Positions 35,339-45,874 of a DNA stretch of 64,000 nt are shown here, piece by piece. The stretch is from the NCBI GenBank assembly GCA_965221165.1, contig CBDCRP010000003.1, forward strand, positions 1,856,001 to 1,920,000, in the 5' to 3' direction. The notes beneath the pieces were generated by a model that worked only from the letters and a program-made list of their open reading frames with translations, had not been told where the DNA came from and made no database searches. Position 1 is the stretch's first letter; each line of letters opens with the position of its first letter. The stretch is from a bacterium. GTDB taxonomy: Bacteria > UBA8248. Both the position numbers and the translations under genes were made by a program.

Positions 35339-36070
35339 TCATTCGCGCGATTTCAAGGCCTCTTTCACGCGGCCGACTCCCAGATGTTCGGCGATCACGT
35401 CTTCTCGCGCAAGGAGTTCGGCGCTCGTTCCCTCGAAGGCGACGAAGCCGCGGCTCAGCACATAGAAGTAATCGCCCACATCCAGCGCCAGGGAGAGATT
35501 CTGCTCCACCAGCAAAATGGAGAGTCCGTGAGTGCGGGTCTTCATGATTCCGTCCCTGATGGAGCGGACGAGGCTGGGCGCAAGACCTTCTGTCGGCTCA
35601 TCGAGCAGGATAAGCCTCGGCCGCGCCACGAGGGCGCGCGCGATCACGAGCATCTGCTGCTCGCCCCCGCTCAAGCTTCCCGCCAGTTGAGCGGCCCGCT
35701 CCTCGAGGACGGGGAAAAACGCCAGCGCCTCGCGAACGCCGTCAGCGTCCGAGCGCGGGCTGGCCTGTGCGGCGACCCGAATGTTCTCCTCCACGCTTAA
35801 GGATCCAAAAGGCCGCCTGTCCTCGGGCACGTAGGCGACCCCCATGCGGGCCACCCGGTGGGCCGCCATGGCGTCTATGCGCTGCTCCTCGAAGACGACT
35901 TCGCCTGAAGTGGCGGGCGCGAGACCCATAATGGCCTTGAGCGTCGTGCTCTTGCCCGCGCCGTTGCGCCCGATGAGACAGACGATCCGGCCTGTGTTCA
36001 CCTCGAGATTCACGCCGTGGAGAACGTGGGCGCTCCCGTAATGGACGTGCAGCGCGGAGACCCGGAGCAT
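35339..36070 (-). CDS. livF: LIV-family ABC transporter ATP-binding subunit
   Basis: GRNGAGKST, YVPEDR, LSGGEQQML, LLDEPTEGL, LLVEQN. Confidence 0.9.
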   Translation of the reverse strand: MLRVSALHVHYGSAHVLHGVNLEVNTGRIVCLIGRNGAGKSTTLKAIMGLAPATSGEVVFEEQRIDAMAAHRVARMGVAYVPEDRRPFGSLSVEENIRVAAQASPRSDADGVREALAFFPVLEERAAQLAGSLSGGEQQMLVIARALVARPRLILLDEPTEGLAPSLVRSIRDGIMKTRTHGLSILLVEQNLSLALDVGDYFYVLSRGFVAFEGTSAELLAREDVIAEHLGVGRVKEALKSRE

Positions 36071-36828
36071 CAATCCTCTCCCACTTCGACGGCCCCGAGG
36101 TAGGCGTCCTGCACCTGCGGGTCCTTGCTGATCTGCTCGGGCGGGCCCTGGGCGATCACCCGGCCCTGCGTCATCACGGTGATTGTATCCGAAATCGAGA
36201 GAACCACCTCCGTGTCGTGTTCGACCAGGAGTACGCTCGTCCGGTCCGCGATGCGCCGCACCAGGCGGGCGATGCGCTCGGTCTCCGTTCGGGACATGCC
36301 CGCCGTCGGCTCATCGAGCAGCAAGACCTCGGGGTTGAGTGCAAGCCCGATCGCCACCTCGAGCACGCGCTTGTCCCCGTGCCCCAACTCCTCGGGTCGC
36401 AAATGCGCTTTTTCGATCAGCCCGACCATCTGCAGCGATTCCTCCGCGTCCTCGCGGGCCTCCCGGCAGGCGCTCGCCTTGCGGAAGAAGTCGAAGTTCC
36501 GCCCCTCTCGGGAGCGCGCCGCGAGTTCGACGTTTTCTTGGGCGCTCAACTCGCCGAACACCTGGGTGATCTGGAACGTGCGGACGATTCCCGCCTTCAC
36601 CAGCTTGTGGGACGGCAGATGGGTGACGTCGTTCCCGTTCAAAAGCACCCTGCCGGCGTCGGGGCGGAGAAACCCGGTGATGCAGTTGAACAAGGTCGTC
36701 TTGCCGGCGCCGTTTGGGCCGATGAGCGAGTGCACCTGCCCCCCCTCGATGTCCAAGGACACGTCGTTCACGGCGTGCAGGGCGCCGAAGGACTTGTGGA
36801 GACCCTCTACTACGAACGCGCCGGCCAA
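36070..36828 (-). CDS. livG: LIV-family ABC transporter ATP-binding subunit
   Basis: GPNGAGKTT, RTFQ, LLDEPTAGM, VEHD, VQDAYLG. Confidence 0.9.
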   Translation of the reverse strand: MAGAFVVEGLHKSFGALHAVNDVSLDIEGGQVHSLIGPNGAGKTTLFNCITGFLRPDAGRVLLNGNDVTHLPSHKLVKAGIVRTFQITQVFGELSAQENVELAARSREGRNFDFFRKASACREAREDAEESLQMVGLIEKAHLRPEELGHGDKRVLEVAIGLALNPEVLLLDEPTAGMSRTETERIARLVRRIADRTSVLLVEHDTEVVLSISDTITVMTQGRVIAQGPPEQISKDPQVQDAYLGAVEVGED

Positions 36829-37814
36829 AGTCGTCTCCAGAACCTCTCGGCGATGCCCGCGATTCCCGACGGCATGAACAAAACGGCGAGCACGAAGGCA
36901 AGACCGAAGGAAAACTGCCACGCCCGGTACATCGTCGTGACCTGATCGCGAATGAATATAAAGCCTATCGCCCCGATGATCGGGCCGAACAGCGTTCCGA
37001 TGCCGCCGAAAATCGTGATGGCCAGTATGTTGCCCGACTCGAACCAGTAGAGCGACATCGGGTTCGCGCCCGCCTTCAAGAAGACGAAGAGCGTTCCCGC
37101 CACGCCGCCCGTCATCCAGGAGAGGATGAGAATCATCAGTTTGTGCCGCCTCACGTCGATGCCGATGGCGGCCGCCCTGTCCTCGTTCGCGCGAATCGCC
37201 AGCAGGGTTTTGCCGAAGGGGGACTCCACCAGCCTTCTGAGGAGAAGATAGGTGACGACGAGCGTGGCGACCGTCAGGAAGTAGAGTTCATCTCCGGGTT
37301 CCACTTCCCGGCCAAAGAGCGTGGGCAGCGGAACGCCGATGAGACCGTCCAGCCCGCCGGTAAACGAACGCCACACGACGGATATCTGGAACAGGACCTG
37401 GCAGATGCAGAGGGTGAGTATGGCGAATGCGATTCCCGAGAGGCGCGTTACGACGAGGCCGGTGAGAAACGCCACCCCCGCCGCGGCGAGTATGGCCACG
37501 ACGGTCGAGAGGAGAAAATCCGCAGATACGTTCTGAGCGAAAAGCCCCGCGGCGTAGGTCGCTAAGCCGAAACTAGCAGCGTGGCCGAACGAGACGAGGC
37601 CCGTGTAGCCCACCAGCAAATCCAGGCTCATCGCCCAGATGCCGAAGATTAAAGCCTCGGTTAACAGGGTGATGAAAAACGGGTTGAAGTCCATGAACGG
37701 AACCGCCAGGGCCAAGAGCGTGAACCCGGTGAGCAGCACCCGCATCGCGACTTCGCGCGAATCCCTCCTCGGAACATCGTCCGCCCGGCTTTGCCCATCA
37801 GGCGATGCGGCCAC
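36810..37814 (-). CDS. livM: LIV-family ABC transporter permease
   Basis: LLVGYTGLVSFGHA, FTGGLDG, SPFGKTLLAIRANE, FGGIGTLFGP; start approximate. Confidence 0.88.
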   Translation of the reverse strand: MAASPDGQSRADDVPRRDSREVAMRVLLTGFTLLALAVPFMDFNPFFITLLTEALIFGIWAMSLDLLVGYTGLVSFGHAASFGLATYAAGLFAQNVSADFLLSTVVAILAAAGVAFLTGLVVTRLSGIAFAILTLCICQVLFQISVVWRSFTGGLDGLIGVPLPTLFGREVEPGDELYFLTVATLVVTYLLLRRLVESPFGKTLLAIRANEDRAAAIGIDVRRHKLMILILSWMTGGVAGTLFVFLKAGANPMSLYWFESGNILAITIFGGIGTLFGPIIGAIGFIFIRDQVTTMYRAWQFSFGLAFVLAVLFMPSGIAGIAERFWRRLWPARS

Positions 37815-38670
37815 GACCGAACACTCCTCTGGGCCGCAGAACCATGATGGCGGCCACAACCAGGAACAGGACGGCGATGGCCCACTCCGCGATGTAGCCC
37901 CCGCCGATGGATTTCGCCAACGCCACGATGAACGCCCCCACGGCAGTCCCGGGCAGATGGCCGAGACCGCCCAGTATCACCGCCAGGAACGAGTCGATGA
38001 TGACACCCGTGCCCATCTCCGGATCGACGGAGAAAATGGGAGCGCCGAGCGCGCCGGCGAACGCCGCGAACCCCGCCGCTCCTCCAAAGATGACCGTGAG
38101 CAGCCAGCGCGTGTTGATGCCGAGCGCCTCGGCCATCTCGTTGTCATCCGTGATGGCGCGAATTTGCAGCCCGATCGGCGTGAACTGGATGAAGGCGAAG
38201 ACCAGCCCCGTCACCAGGAGCGAGAGCCCCGCCGCGAAGAGCCTGTACACGGGAAACTGATTGCCGAGGATGTCCACCGTCCCCTGAAAGATGACGGGTG
38301 GTTTGATCAGGGTGGTCTCGGTGCCCCAGAGATACTCAATCGCGCCCGTGATCATGAAGGAGAGACCGAACGTCACGAGCAGGGTGTAGATTTCGTTGCG
38401 GTGGCGGATGGGGGCAATGGTCAGCCATTCCATCGCGATGGCGAGGGGTACTACGATCAACGGGGCGAACAGCATCGCCCACCACCCCAGCGAGGGCAGG
38501 AAGATGATGAAGAAATACCCCCCCAGGGCGTACAATACCCCGTGCGCGAAGTTGACGACTCGGCCCAAGCCGAACACCAGGCTCAGGCCGAGACTCGTCA
38601 GCGCGAGGAATGAGCCGTAGATGACTCCGTTCAGCGTATTGACGAACAAGAAATTCCAATCCATCGCCAA
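37798..38670 (-). CDS. livH: LIV-family ABC transporter permease
   Basis: GLSLVFG..VVNFAHG, GLQIRA, VILGGLG, LRPRGVFG. Confidence 0.9.
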   Translation of the reverse strand: MAMDWNFLFVNTLNGVIYGSFLALTSLGLSLVFGLGRVVNFAHGVLYALGGYFFIIFLPSLGWWAMLFAPLIVVPLAIAMEWLTIAPIRHRNEIYTLLVTFGLSFMITGAIEYLWGTETTLIKPPVIFQGTVDILGNQFPVYRLFAAGLSLLVTGLVFAFIQFTPIGLQIRAITDDNEMAEALGINTRWLLTVIFGGAAGFAAFAGALGAPIFSVDPEMGTGVIIDSFLAVILGGLGHLPGTAVGAFIVALAKSIGGGYIAEWAIAVLFLVVAAIMVLRPRGVFGRGRIA

Positions 38671-38673
38671 TGA

Positions 38674-39930
38674 CTATTTCTTCAAATTACAGCCGAGCTT
38701 CTTCGCCGGCTCAAGCGTCTTGGACGCCGGAAGCGCCGTGACCGACTGCGCATACATGGCGCCGTACTTCGGTTTCTTGAGCTTCTCGATTTTCCCGAGA
38801 ATAAGCGGCACCTCCGCCATGCGTCCATCCTTCTGGAAGCGCATTCTTCCCGCAGGAGCCTCTACGTCGAGCTTCTCGAGCGCCGCGACGATGGCCTTCC
38901 CGTCCGTCGAGCCCGCCTTCTCGATGGCGTTGAACAGAAGCTGAGCCGCCGTGCCCGCCTGGATGGCCTGCATTCCGGCTACGCGGCCGTGCATCTTGTA
39001 GTAGAGTTCGTTGAACTTTTTGGTCGTGGGCAGCGTGTCCTCGAGACGCCACGCGCTCCACGCGCCCGCCGAGACGATGTGGGTGGACAATTCTCCCAGC
39101 TTGGCGATGAGCCAGTCCGGCAGGCCGATGGGCGCCACCAGAGTCGCCTGTTTGGTGAGGCCGAACTCGTTGGCCTGCTGGAGGAACTGCACGAGCGGCG
39201 TGCCCAGGGTGACGGGGATGACCACCGCCGTCGCGCCCGCCGAGCGGACCTTGGCGATGAACGGCGCCCAGTCCGTGGTGTCGAGCGGAGCGAATGTCTC
39301 GCCGACGTACTTCACGCCCTTGACGATTTTCACCGAGCGCGCGACCCGGCGGCTCCAGGGGTAGTCGTGGCCCAGGGTGAACCACTTCGCGGTCTTGAAC
39401 TTCGGGTTATCCTTGATGAGCGAGTCCATCGCCACGACGGCCATCTGGGGAGTCGGGTTCGTCTGGAACACCCAGTAGTTGCACTTGCTTCCCGTGATGA
39501 CGGCCGAGCCGCTGTTCGAGGTGATAATCGGCACGCGCAGGCGATTCGCCACGGGAAGCAGGGCCAGCGCCTCGAGCGTGCTGGTTCCCAGAATCGCCGT
39601 GACGCGGTTCTTCTGGACGAGTTTGGTCGCCTTGGTGACCGCCACCTGCGCGTTGACCAGGCTGTCCTCGAGAATCAACTCGATAGGCCGGCCCATGACG
39701 GGTCCTTGCATCTTCACGGCCGTCTGAATGCCCGTGGTGATCTCGTCACCAATGGGTTTGAGCTTTCCGCTCAGAAACGACAGCACCCCGATTTTAATGG
39801 GGTCTTTCTTCGCGGCGAAAACGGGGGAACCAAAGACGGCGATGAGCGCGAAAACCGCCACCGTCAACATCGCCGCCGAACGTGAAACGCTGATCCATCT
39901 CTTTCGGGTATACGTCGATCTCGTTGCCAT
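38674..39930 (-). CDS. LIV-family ABC transporter substrate-binding protein
   Basis: Signal peptide, IKIGVL, GRPIELILED, APLDTTDWAP, AIEKAGSTD. Confidence 0.88.
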   Translation of the reverse strand: MATRSTYTRKRWISVSRSAAMLTVAVFALIAVFGSPVFAAKKDPIKIGVLSFLSGKLKPIGDEITTGIQTAVKMQGPVMGRPIELILEDSLVNAQVAVTKATKLVQKNRVTAILGTSTLEALALLPVANRLRVPIITSNSGSAVITGSKCNYWVFQTNPTPQMAVVAMDSLIKDNPKFKTAKWFTLGHDYPWSRRVARSVKIVKGVKYVGETFAPLDTTDWAPFIAKVRSAGATAVVIPVTLGTPLVQFLQQANEFGLTKQATLVAPIGLPDWLIAKLGELSTHIVSAGAWSAWRLEDTLPTTKKFNELYYKMHGRVAGMQAIQAGTAAQLLFNAIEKAGSTDGKAIVAALEKLDVEAPAGRMRFQKDGRMAEVPLILGKIEKLKKPKYGAMYAQSVTALPASKTLEPAKKLGCNLKK

Positions 39931-40084
39931 TACATTATCCTCCCTAACTTCCGATTCCGTGGATTCAGAGTGCGGACGCTGGGACCTGCCCGTTTCCGCA
40001 CAAACAGAGAAGAAAGATTGAACCCTTCCCCCGGATTGATTCCGGTGCGGTTCACGCAAGCAACATGGCGAGATATATATCCGC

Positions 40085-40112
40085 AATATACAGCAAGGCC
40101 CCTGCCTGTCAA
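40085..40112 (-). promoter_or_regulatory. Candidate sigma70 promoter for the ABC operon
   Basis: TTGACA-16 nt-TATATT on the minus strand. Confidence 0.45.
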
Positions 40113-40328
40113 GAAACAAAATCCTGCCCGGGGTCGCTCGATCGCGCCGCGTCCCCGGTCGGCCGGCGCAGGCAAAGGATGCGCGCCAAGCGAAACGAGC
40201 AGGAGGGAGGTATGAATCAAAGGTGTATTCTGGCATACCCTTTATGCCGACGAAACGCGTCCGCCGAAAACGGGTATGATGCCTGAAACGGGGTCGGGCT
40301 GCGGCGCTTTTCTCAGGAGAGATTCGGT

Positions 40329-41177
40329 TTGCTTCCAAGGTTCATCATACTCGCTCTTTTCGCATCGTTTCTGATCGGCGTGGCGGACTACGTATATGGA
40401 CGCGCGGTCAGGAACCGCATATTGCCGGGCACGATAACGGCCTCGCAGTCGAGCATCGTCGTTCCCGTCACGTGGATCTGGGCGCAATACGAGGGCAGCT
40501 ATGCCTGGACGCCCCCCGCCTTCCTGGGAATCGGCGCCGCATTTTTCACATTCATCGGCTTTTGGAGCTTCATGAGAAGCGTGGAACTCGGAGAGGCGAG
40601 CGCCAGCACGCCCATCTACCGGATGAGTTTCGTCGTCACCGCCATGCTCGCCGTCTGGTTTCTGGGCGAATCAATCACGCTCCCAAAAATCGTGGGCCTC
40701 ATTCTCACCGGCTGCGCCATTTTCCTGTTCTCGGATTTTCACCGGGGGAGTTTCTCCGCCGACAAGATCGCCACCGTCCTGTGGGCCGTCGTGGCGATGG
40801 TGGCCGTCGGCCTCGTAAACTTCATCTACAAGCTCGGCGTCTCCGGCGGGGTGGCGCCGATCATGTTTTTGCACAGCCAGGCGGTTTTCTTCATTACGAT
40901 CGCTTACATCTACTCGTTCGTGGTGCAGGGGGGGCCGAAATTCTCAAAAAAAGGCTGGGCGCACGGACTCGTGACCGCCACCTGCTTCATATTCGGGAAC
41001 ACCTCGCTGCTGGCCGCGTTCAGGGACGGTGAGGCCACCATCGTCTCGCCGATCATACAGTTGAGCTTCATCGTGACCACAATACTGGCCACCTGGCGGC
41101 TGTCCGAGAAGATGACGATGCGAAAGCTTGTTGGGCTGGTCGCCGCGGTGGGAACCATCATCGCCTTCACGTCGTGA
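40329..41177 (+). CDS. EamA/DMT family transporter
   Basis: About 10 hydrophobic segments, repeated GEAS..PI / GEATIVSPI and LGE motifs. Confidence 0.85.
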   Translation: MLPRFIILALFASFLIGVADYVYGRAVRNRILPGTITASQSSIVVPVTWIWAQYEGSYAWTPPAFLGIGAAFFTFIGFWSFMRSVELGEASASTPIYRMSFVVTAMLAVWFLGESITLPKIVGLILTGCAIFLFSDFHRGSFSADKIATVLWAVVAMVAVGLVNFIYKLGVSGGVAPIMFLHSQAVFFITIAYIYSFVVQGGPKFSKKGWAHGLVTATCFIFGNTSLLAAFRDGEATIVSPIIQLSFIVTTILATWRLSEKMTMRKLVGLVAAVGTIIAFTS

Positions 41178-41244
41178 TCAGGGAATCACAGGTCCCCTCA
41201 TCCGGGCAACCCCCGAAACAAGAGGCTTAAGGGCGCACTCCGTA

Positions 41245-42837
41245 CTAGGGGGAGAATGTGGACAATGCCGCTTCGGTGGCTTGCTTGGCGCCCTGCCTGA
41301 GAACCGCCGCCTGGCGAAGCGCTTCCACGTCCGCGCTCTCGGCGTCCTTCAAGACGGCCACGGCCAGTTCGAGGGCTGTGTCTTTTTTCTTGCCTTCCTT
41401 GCCTTCGGCCTTTTTCTCCTTCTTGTAGAGCGAAGTCTTCATCTCCTTCCTTCGCTCTCTGATCTCTTTCTGGGTGAGCGGCTGAGGCCCCGCCTCGATG
41501 TCGGGCTGAATGCCTTTCTCGTGGATCAGGCGCCCCAGCGGGGTGTAGTACTTCGCCGTCGTCAGCCTGAGCGCCGCCGCGCCCCTGGTGGGGATGATGG
41601 CCTGCACCGAGCCTTTGCCGAAACTGGTCCTGCCGATAATCAGGGCCCGATCCAAATCCTGCAAGGCTCCGGCCACGATCTCCGACGCGCTCGCGCTGCC
41701 CTTGTTGATCAGCACCACCAAGGGCCTGTCCAGCCATACGCCGTTCCCCCGAGCACGGAAATACACCGTCTCGCTGCGTCTGCGCCCCCGGGTGAAGACG
41801 ACCATACTCCCATTCGGCAGAAACCGCTCCGAAACCTCGACGGATTTGCTCAGAAAACCACCCGGATTATCGCGCAAGTCCAGCACGATTCCCCGCACTT
41901 TCTTGCGGATCAACTCGTTCAGGCCCTTATCGAACTCCCGCGTCGTCCGGCCATGAAAAGCCGTGATCCGCAAATAGCCGATCCCGCCTTCTTTCACCTC
42001 CGTCTTCACGCTGCGGATGCGAATGATGGCGCGGCGCAGCGACATATTGCGGGGCTTGGGCCAACTGGCGCGCGAAATCAGCAAATCCACCGTCTTGCCC
42101 GCGGGTCCTCTCATGCGGCGCACGACGTCGGCCAGCGGCATATCCGTCGTGGAGACGCCGTCGATTCCCAGGATCACGTCCTCCGGCTTGAGACCCGCGC
42201 GATGCGCGGGCGTGTCCTCGATGGGCGATATGACGGTGAGTTTCTTCTCCCGCACCGTGATGATGACCCCCACTCCGCCGTAGCGGCCCGTATGTTGCAC
42301 CCGCATCTGCTTATAGGCTTCGGGCGAGACGAACGCGCTGAAAGGATCCAGAGAACGCAACATGGACGAGAGAGCGGCGTACATGACGCGCAGACCGCCT
42401 TTTTTCTTCTTCTCCGACTTTTTCTCCGAATCCCCGGCATTCTCCATCACGAATCGATAGGCCCGCTCGAAAGAGCCCAGCCCGCCCTCGGTGTCGCCCC
42501 CGAGACGAATGCGCAACTCCTTCTCCTGCGCCTTGAGGAGAACCTCGCCTCCCGCCTTCTCCTCGAAGTCGAAGCGCCCATCGCCTGTCCTTTTCTTCAT
42601 GCCCTCGAGACCCGCGACGTACATTTTCCTGAAATCCGGGATGCGGGCATAATTATTGTCCACGAGCTGCACGGTCTCGTACAAAAGGGCAATGGCCTCT
42701 TCCTGATCGGAGGATAGTGAAAACACGAGGCTCGTGGAGAGCATCGCCCCTGAAAAGATGAGGCATACCGTGAGATGCTTCACGCGCCGGGCGGGAAAGC
42801 GGAGAAAATGGAAAAAGCGAATGCGCCTTATCGACAT
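41245..42837 (-). CDS. ctpA: S41 C-terminal processing protease
   Basis: LDPFS, PDZ GVG..I, LDLRDNPGG, SASASEIVAGALQD, SFGKGSVQ, LTTAKYYTP. Confidence 0.93.
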   Translation of the reverse strand: MSIRRIRFFHFLRFPARRVKHLTVCLIFSGAMLSTSLVFSLSSDQEEAIALLYETVQLVDNNYARIPDFRKMYVAGLEGMKKRTGDGRFDFEEKAGGEVLLKAQEKELRIRLGGDTEGGLGSFERAYRFVMENAGDSEKKSEKKKKGGLRVMYAALSSMLRSLDPFSAFVSPEAYKQMRVQHTGRYGGVGVIITVREKKLTVISPIEDTPAHRAGLKPEDVILGIDGVSTTDMPLADVVRRMRGPAGKTVDLLISRASWPKPRNMSLRRAIIRIRSVKTEVKEGGIGYLRITAFHGRTTREFDKGLNELIRKKVRGIVLDLRDNPGGFLSKSVEVSERFLPNGSMVVFTRGRRRSETVYFRARGNGVWLDRPLVVLINKGSASASEIVAGALQDLDRALIIGRTSFGKGSVQAIIPTRGAAALRLTTAKYYTPLGRLIHEKGIQPDIEAGPQPLTQKEIRERRKEMKTSLYKKEKKAEGKEGKKKDTALELAVAVLKDAESADVEALRQAAVLRQGAKQATEAALSTFSP

Positions 42838-42963
42838 GGGCGTTTCCAATCGTTAGGGTCAATCGGGTGGCCTTGCGGCGGGATTATCATATCATAGCCT
42901 TAGAAAATGTATCGCCCCCGCGCCCTGGCAGAGAAAAATGAATACCGCAAAAGGACCTACGCG

Positions 42964-43644
42964 ATGATCTCCATCGTCGTACCTATACTGAACGAAGCGC
43001 CGCGCCTGCCCGCCCTGTTCGATATGCTCGACGCCCAGCCGGGTGATAAGCAGACCATCCTCGCCGACGGGGGCAGCACGGATGAGGCGCGCGCCGTGGC
43101 GGGCGAGCGCGCCCTCATCGTCAAGTCGGAACCGGGCCGCGCGCGCCAGATGAATGCGGGCGCAGCCCTGGCGGAAGGCGAGACGATCCTGTTTCTTCAC
43201 TGCGACACGAGGCTGCCCGCCGGGGCGCTGCGGGAGATCGAGGACGTCATGCGCGCGGGCGATGTTTCGGGCGGGGGCTTTCTCCACAGCTTCGATCGCG
43301 AGGATCGCTTCACCCGCTTCATCAGCTTCAGCGCCAACACGCGCACGAGAATGGCGAAACTCTTTTTGGGCGATCAGTGTATCTTCATCCGGCGGGAGGT
43401 GTTCGAACGCATGGGCGGCTACGCCGAGATGCCGGTGTTCGAGGATTGGGACTTGAGCAGGAGGATGCGCGACTTCGGGCGCATGACCATCATCGAGACA
43501 CCCGTCGTCACGAGCGGGAGGCGCATCGACACATGGGGGAAGCCCAAATGCTTCATCATCTGGTGGGGCTTGAGCATCCTCTTCGCGCTGGGGGTCTCGT
43601 CCGAGCGTCTCGGCCGATACTACGCCCACGTGCGCGATTCGTGA
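42964..43644 (+). CDS. GT2 glycosyltransferase (TIGR04283-like)
   Basis: ISIVVPILNE, DGGSTD, GRARQMNAGA, LFLHCD, GDQ, FED, TSGRR. Confidence 0.88.
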   Translation: MISIVVPILNEAPRLPALFDMLDAQPGDKQTILADGGSTDEARAVAGERALIVKSEPGRARQMNAGAALAEGETILFLHCDTRLPAGALREIEDVMRAGDVSGGGFLHSFDREDRFTRFISFSANTRTRMAKLFLGDQCIFIRREVFERMGGYAEMPVFEDWDLSRRMRDFGRMTIIETPVVTSGRRIDTWGKPKCFIIWWGLSILFALGVSSERLGRYYAHVRDS

Positions 43645-43798
43645 TGCGCTCATTTTCACGGATGACTCCTTGCATCCTACCGCCCAAGAAATGATATATT
43701 GCTCCCCGATTTCATCATCCATTCGCATATAGCGATTCAAAAACCTCATCCGCGCGGGCACATGCTAGCCGGGCGCGGGTGAGCGGGGGAGGCCAGGG

Positions 43799-45865
43799 AT
43801 GCGATTCGCGGTCGATACGGGCGGAACCTTCACCGACCTCGTGCTGGAGGACAATCGGGGCCGCCTCCACATGTTCAAGGCCCCCACGACGCCACACGAT
43901 CCGGTGGAGGGTATCCTCGCGGCGATCGAGGCCGCCGCAGAAGCGCTCTCGACGAGCACCCGCGAACTCCTCGCCCAGGGCGAGCTCTTCATCCACGGCA
44001 CCACCCACGCCACCAACGCCATCGTGACGGGCAACACCGCCAGGACCGCCTTTCTCACCACGGAGGGACATCCCGACATTCTCGTGCTGCGCGAGGGCGG
44101 GCGCATGGAGCCGTTCAACTTCCTGGTGCCGTTTCCGAAACCCTACGTCCCGCGCGCGCTCACCTACGAGGTGCACGAGCGCATCGGCGCGGACGGAAGC
44201 GTGTACGAACCGCTGGATGAGGCGGGCGTTCTCACCATCATCGAGGAGTTGAAAGAAAAAGAGGTGGAGGCCGTGGCCGTTTCTCTATTGTGGTCCACCG
44301 TGAACCCGGCGCACGAAATCGGCGTGGGCGAATTGCTGAATAAACATTTGAAGGACGTTCCCTTCACCCTCTCCCACGTCTTAAACCCCATTCTCCGCGA
44401 ATACCGCCGCGCGTCTTCGACCTGCATCGACGCCTCCTTGAAACCCTTGATGTCCCGCTACATCGGCGGCTTGCAGGAGAGGCTAAAGACAGCGGGCTTC
44501 GGCGGGAGGCTTTTGATGCTCACCTCGAAGGGCGGGGTGATGGACGCGGGCGAACTCGCGGAAGCGCCCATCCACTCGGTGGGTTCGGGACCGTCGATGG
44601 CGCCCATCGCGGGCAGGCATTTTTCGCGCGCCGACGCCAGGGCCGCCACGGCGATAGTGGCCGACACCGGCGGCACCACGTATGACGTGAGCCTCGTGCG
44701 CCGGGGCGAGATACCCATGTCGCCAGAAACCTGGCTCGGCCAGCGCTACAGGGGACACATTCTGGGCTTTCCCTCCGTGGACGTGAAGAGCATCGGCGCA
44801 GGAGGAGGGAGCATCGCCTGGGTCGATGAGGGCGGACTCTTACACGTGGGGCCGCAGAGCGCAGGCGCGGAACCGGGGCCCGCCTGCTACGGACGGGGCG
44901 GCACGCGCCCCACCCTCACGGACGCCTCTTTGGTGCTGGGCCACATCGACCCGGACTACTTCCTGGGCGGCGCGATGACGCTCGACCCCTCCCAAGCCGA
45001 GAAAGCCATATCGAAAGACGTGGCCGAACCTCTGGGGCTATCCCTTCAAGAGGCGGCCTCGGCCATCCTGCGTCTCGCGACGGAGAACATGGTGGGCGCC
45101 ATCGAGGAGATCACCATCCACCAGGGCATCGACCCCAGGGGCGCGGTCTTGATCGGCGGCGGAGGGGCTGCGGGACTCAACTCCGTGGCCATCGCCAAGC
45201 GCCTGGGCTGCCAGGGACTCGTCATCCCCGAGGTGGGCGCTGCCCTCTCCGCAGCGGGCGCGATGATGAGCGATTTGCACGCCGATTACCGCTCGATGTT
45301 CTTCACCATCACGGACAGGTTCGACTTCAAGGGTGCGAACGCAGTTTTAAGAAAACTGGACGAGCGATGCCGCGCCTTCATCCGGGGTCCGGGCAAGGGG
45401 GCGGTGGAGAGCGCAACCGAGTTCTACGTCGAGGCGCGCTACAAGCACCAGATATGGGAGATCGATTTGGGGCTGCCCATCAACCGGTTCCGCTCGAAAA
45501 AAGACGTGGAGAGCGCGCGCGCGGCGTTCGACGAAGTGCACGAGGAGGTGTTCGCCTTCCGCGATCCGTCCTCGGAGGTGGAATTCGTCGGCTGGCGCGC
45601 CGTGGCGCGGTGTAAACTGAGAAAAGGCCGTCTCGGCAGGCTCGTGCGCGAGGCGATCCATGAGACGACGCTGCCCAAGAGGCGCAAGGCCTATTTCGCG
45701 GGCAAAGGACTCGTGAACGCCCGCGTGGCGGCGTTTGATTCCATGAAGCCGGGTGAGGCGATGCGCGGCCCGGCCATCATCGAATCGCCGTTCACGACGG
45801 TGGTCATCGACCCCGGCGCCAAGGCCGAACGCACGAGAAGCGGCAGCCTCTTCATCACGCTCTAG
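43799..45865 (+). CDS. Hydantoinase A/oxoprolinase family subunit
   Basis: VDTGGTFTD, HGTTHATNA, SGP, DTGGTT, IGAGGGSIA, SAGAEPGPACY. Confidence 0.93.
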   Translation: MRFAVDTGGTFTDLVLEDNRGRLHMFKAPTTPHDPVEGILAAIEAAAEALSTSTRELLAQGELFIHGTTHATNAIVTGNTARTAFLTTEGHPDILVLREGGRMEPFNFLVPFPKPYVPRALTYEVHERIGADGSVYEPLDEAGVLTIIEELKEKEVEAVAVSLLWSTVNPAHEIGVGELLNKHLKDVPFTLSHVLNPILREYRRASSTCIDASLKPLMSRYIGGLQERLKTAGFGGRLLMLTSKGGVMDAGELAEAPIHSVGSGPSMAPIAGRHFSRADARAATAIVADTGGTTYDVSLVRRGEIPMSPETWLGQRYRGHILGFPSVDVKSIGAGGGSIAWVDEGGLLHVGPQSAGAEPGPACYGRGGTRPTLTDASLVLGHIDPDYFLGGAMTLDPSQAEKAISKDVAEPLGLSLQEAASAILRLATENMVGAIEEITIHQGIDPRGAVLIGGGGAAGLNSVAIAKRLGCQGLVIPEVGAALSAAGAMMSDLHADYRSMFFTITDRFDFKGANAVLRKLDERCRAFIRGPGKGAVESATEFYVEARYKHQIWEIDLGLPINRFRSKKDVESARAAFDEVHEEVFAFRDPSSEVEFVGWRAVARCKLRKGRLGRLVREAIHETTLPKRRKAYFAGKGLVNARVAAFDSMKPGEAMRGPAIIESPFTTVVIDPGAKAERTRSGSLFITL

Positions 45866-45874
45866 GAGCAGGAT

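Noticed and set aside
41128-42717. 529-aa plus-strand ORF
   Set aside because: Antisense shadow of ctpA in GC-rich DNA; no recognisable motifs
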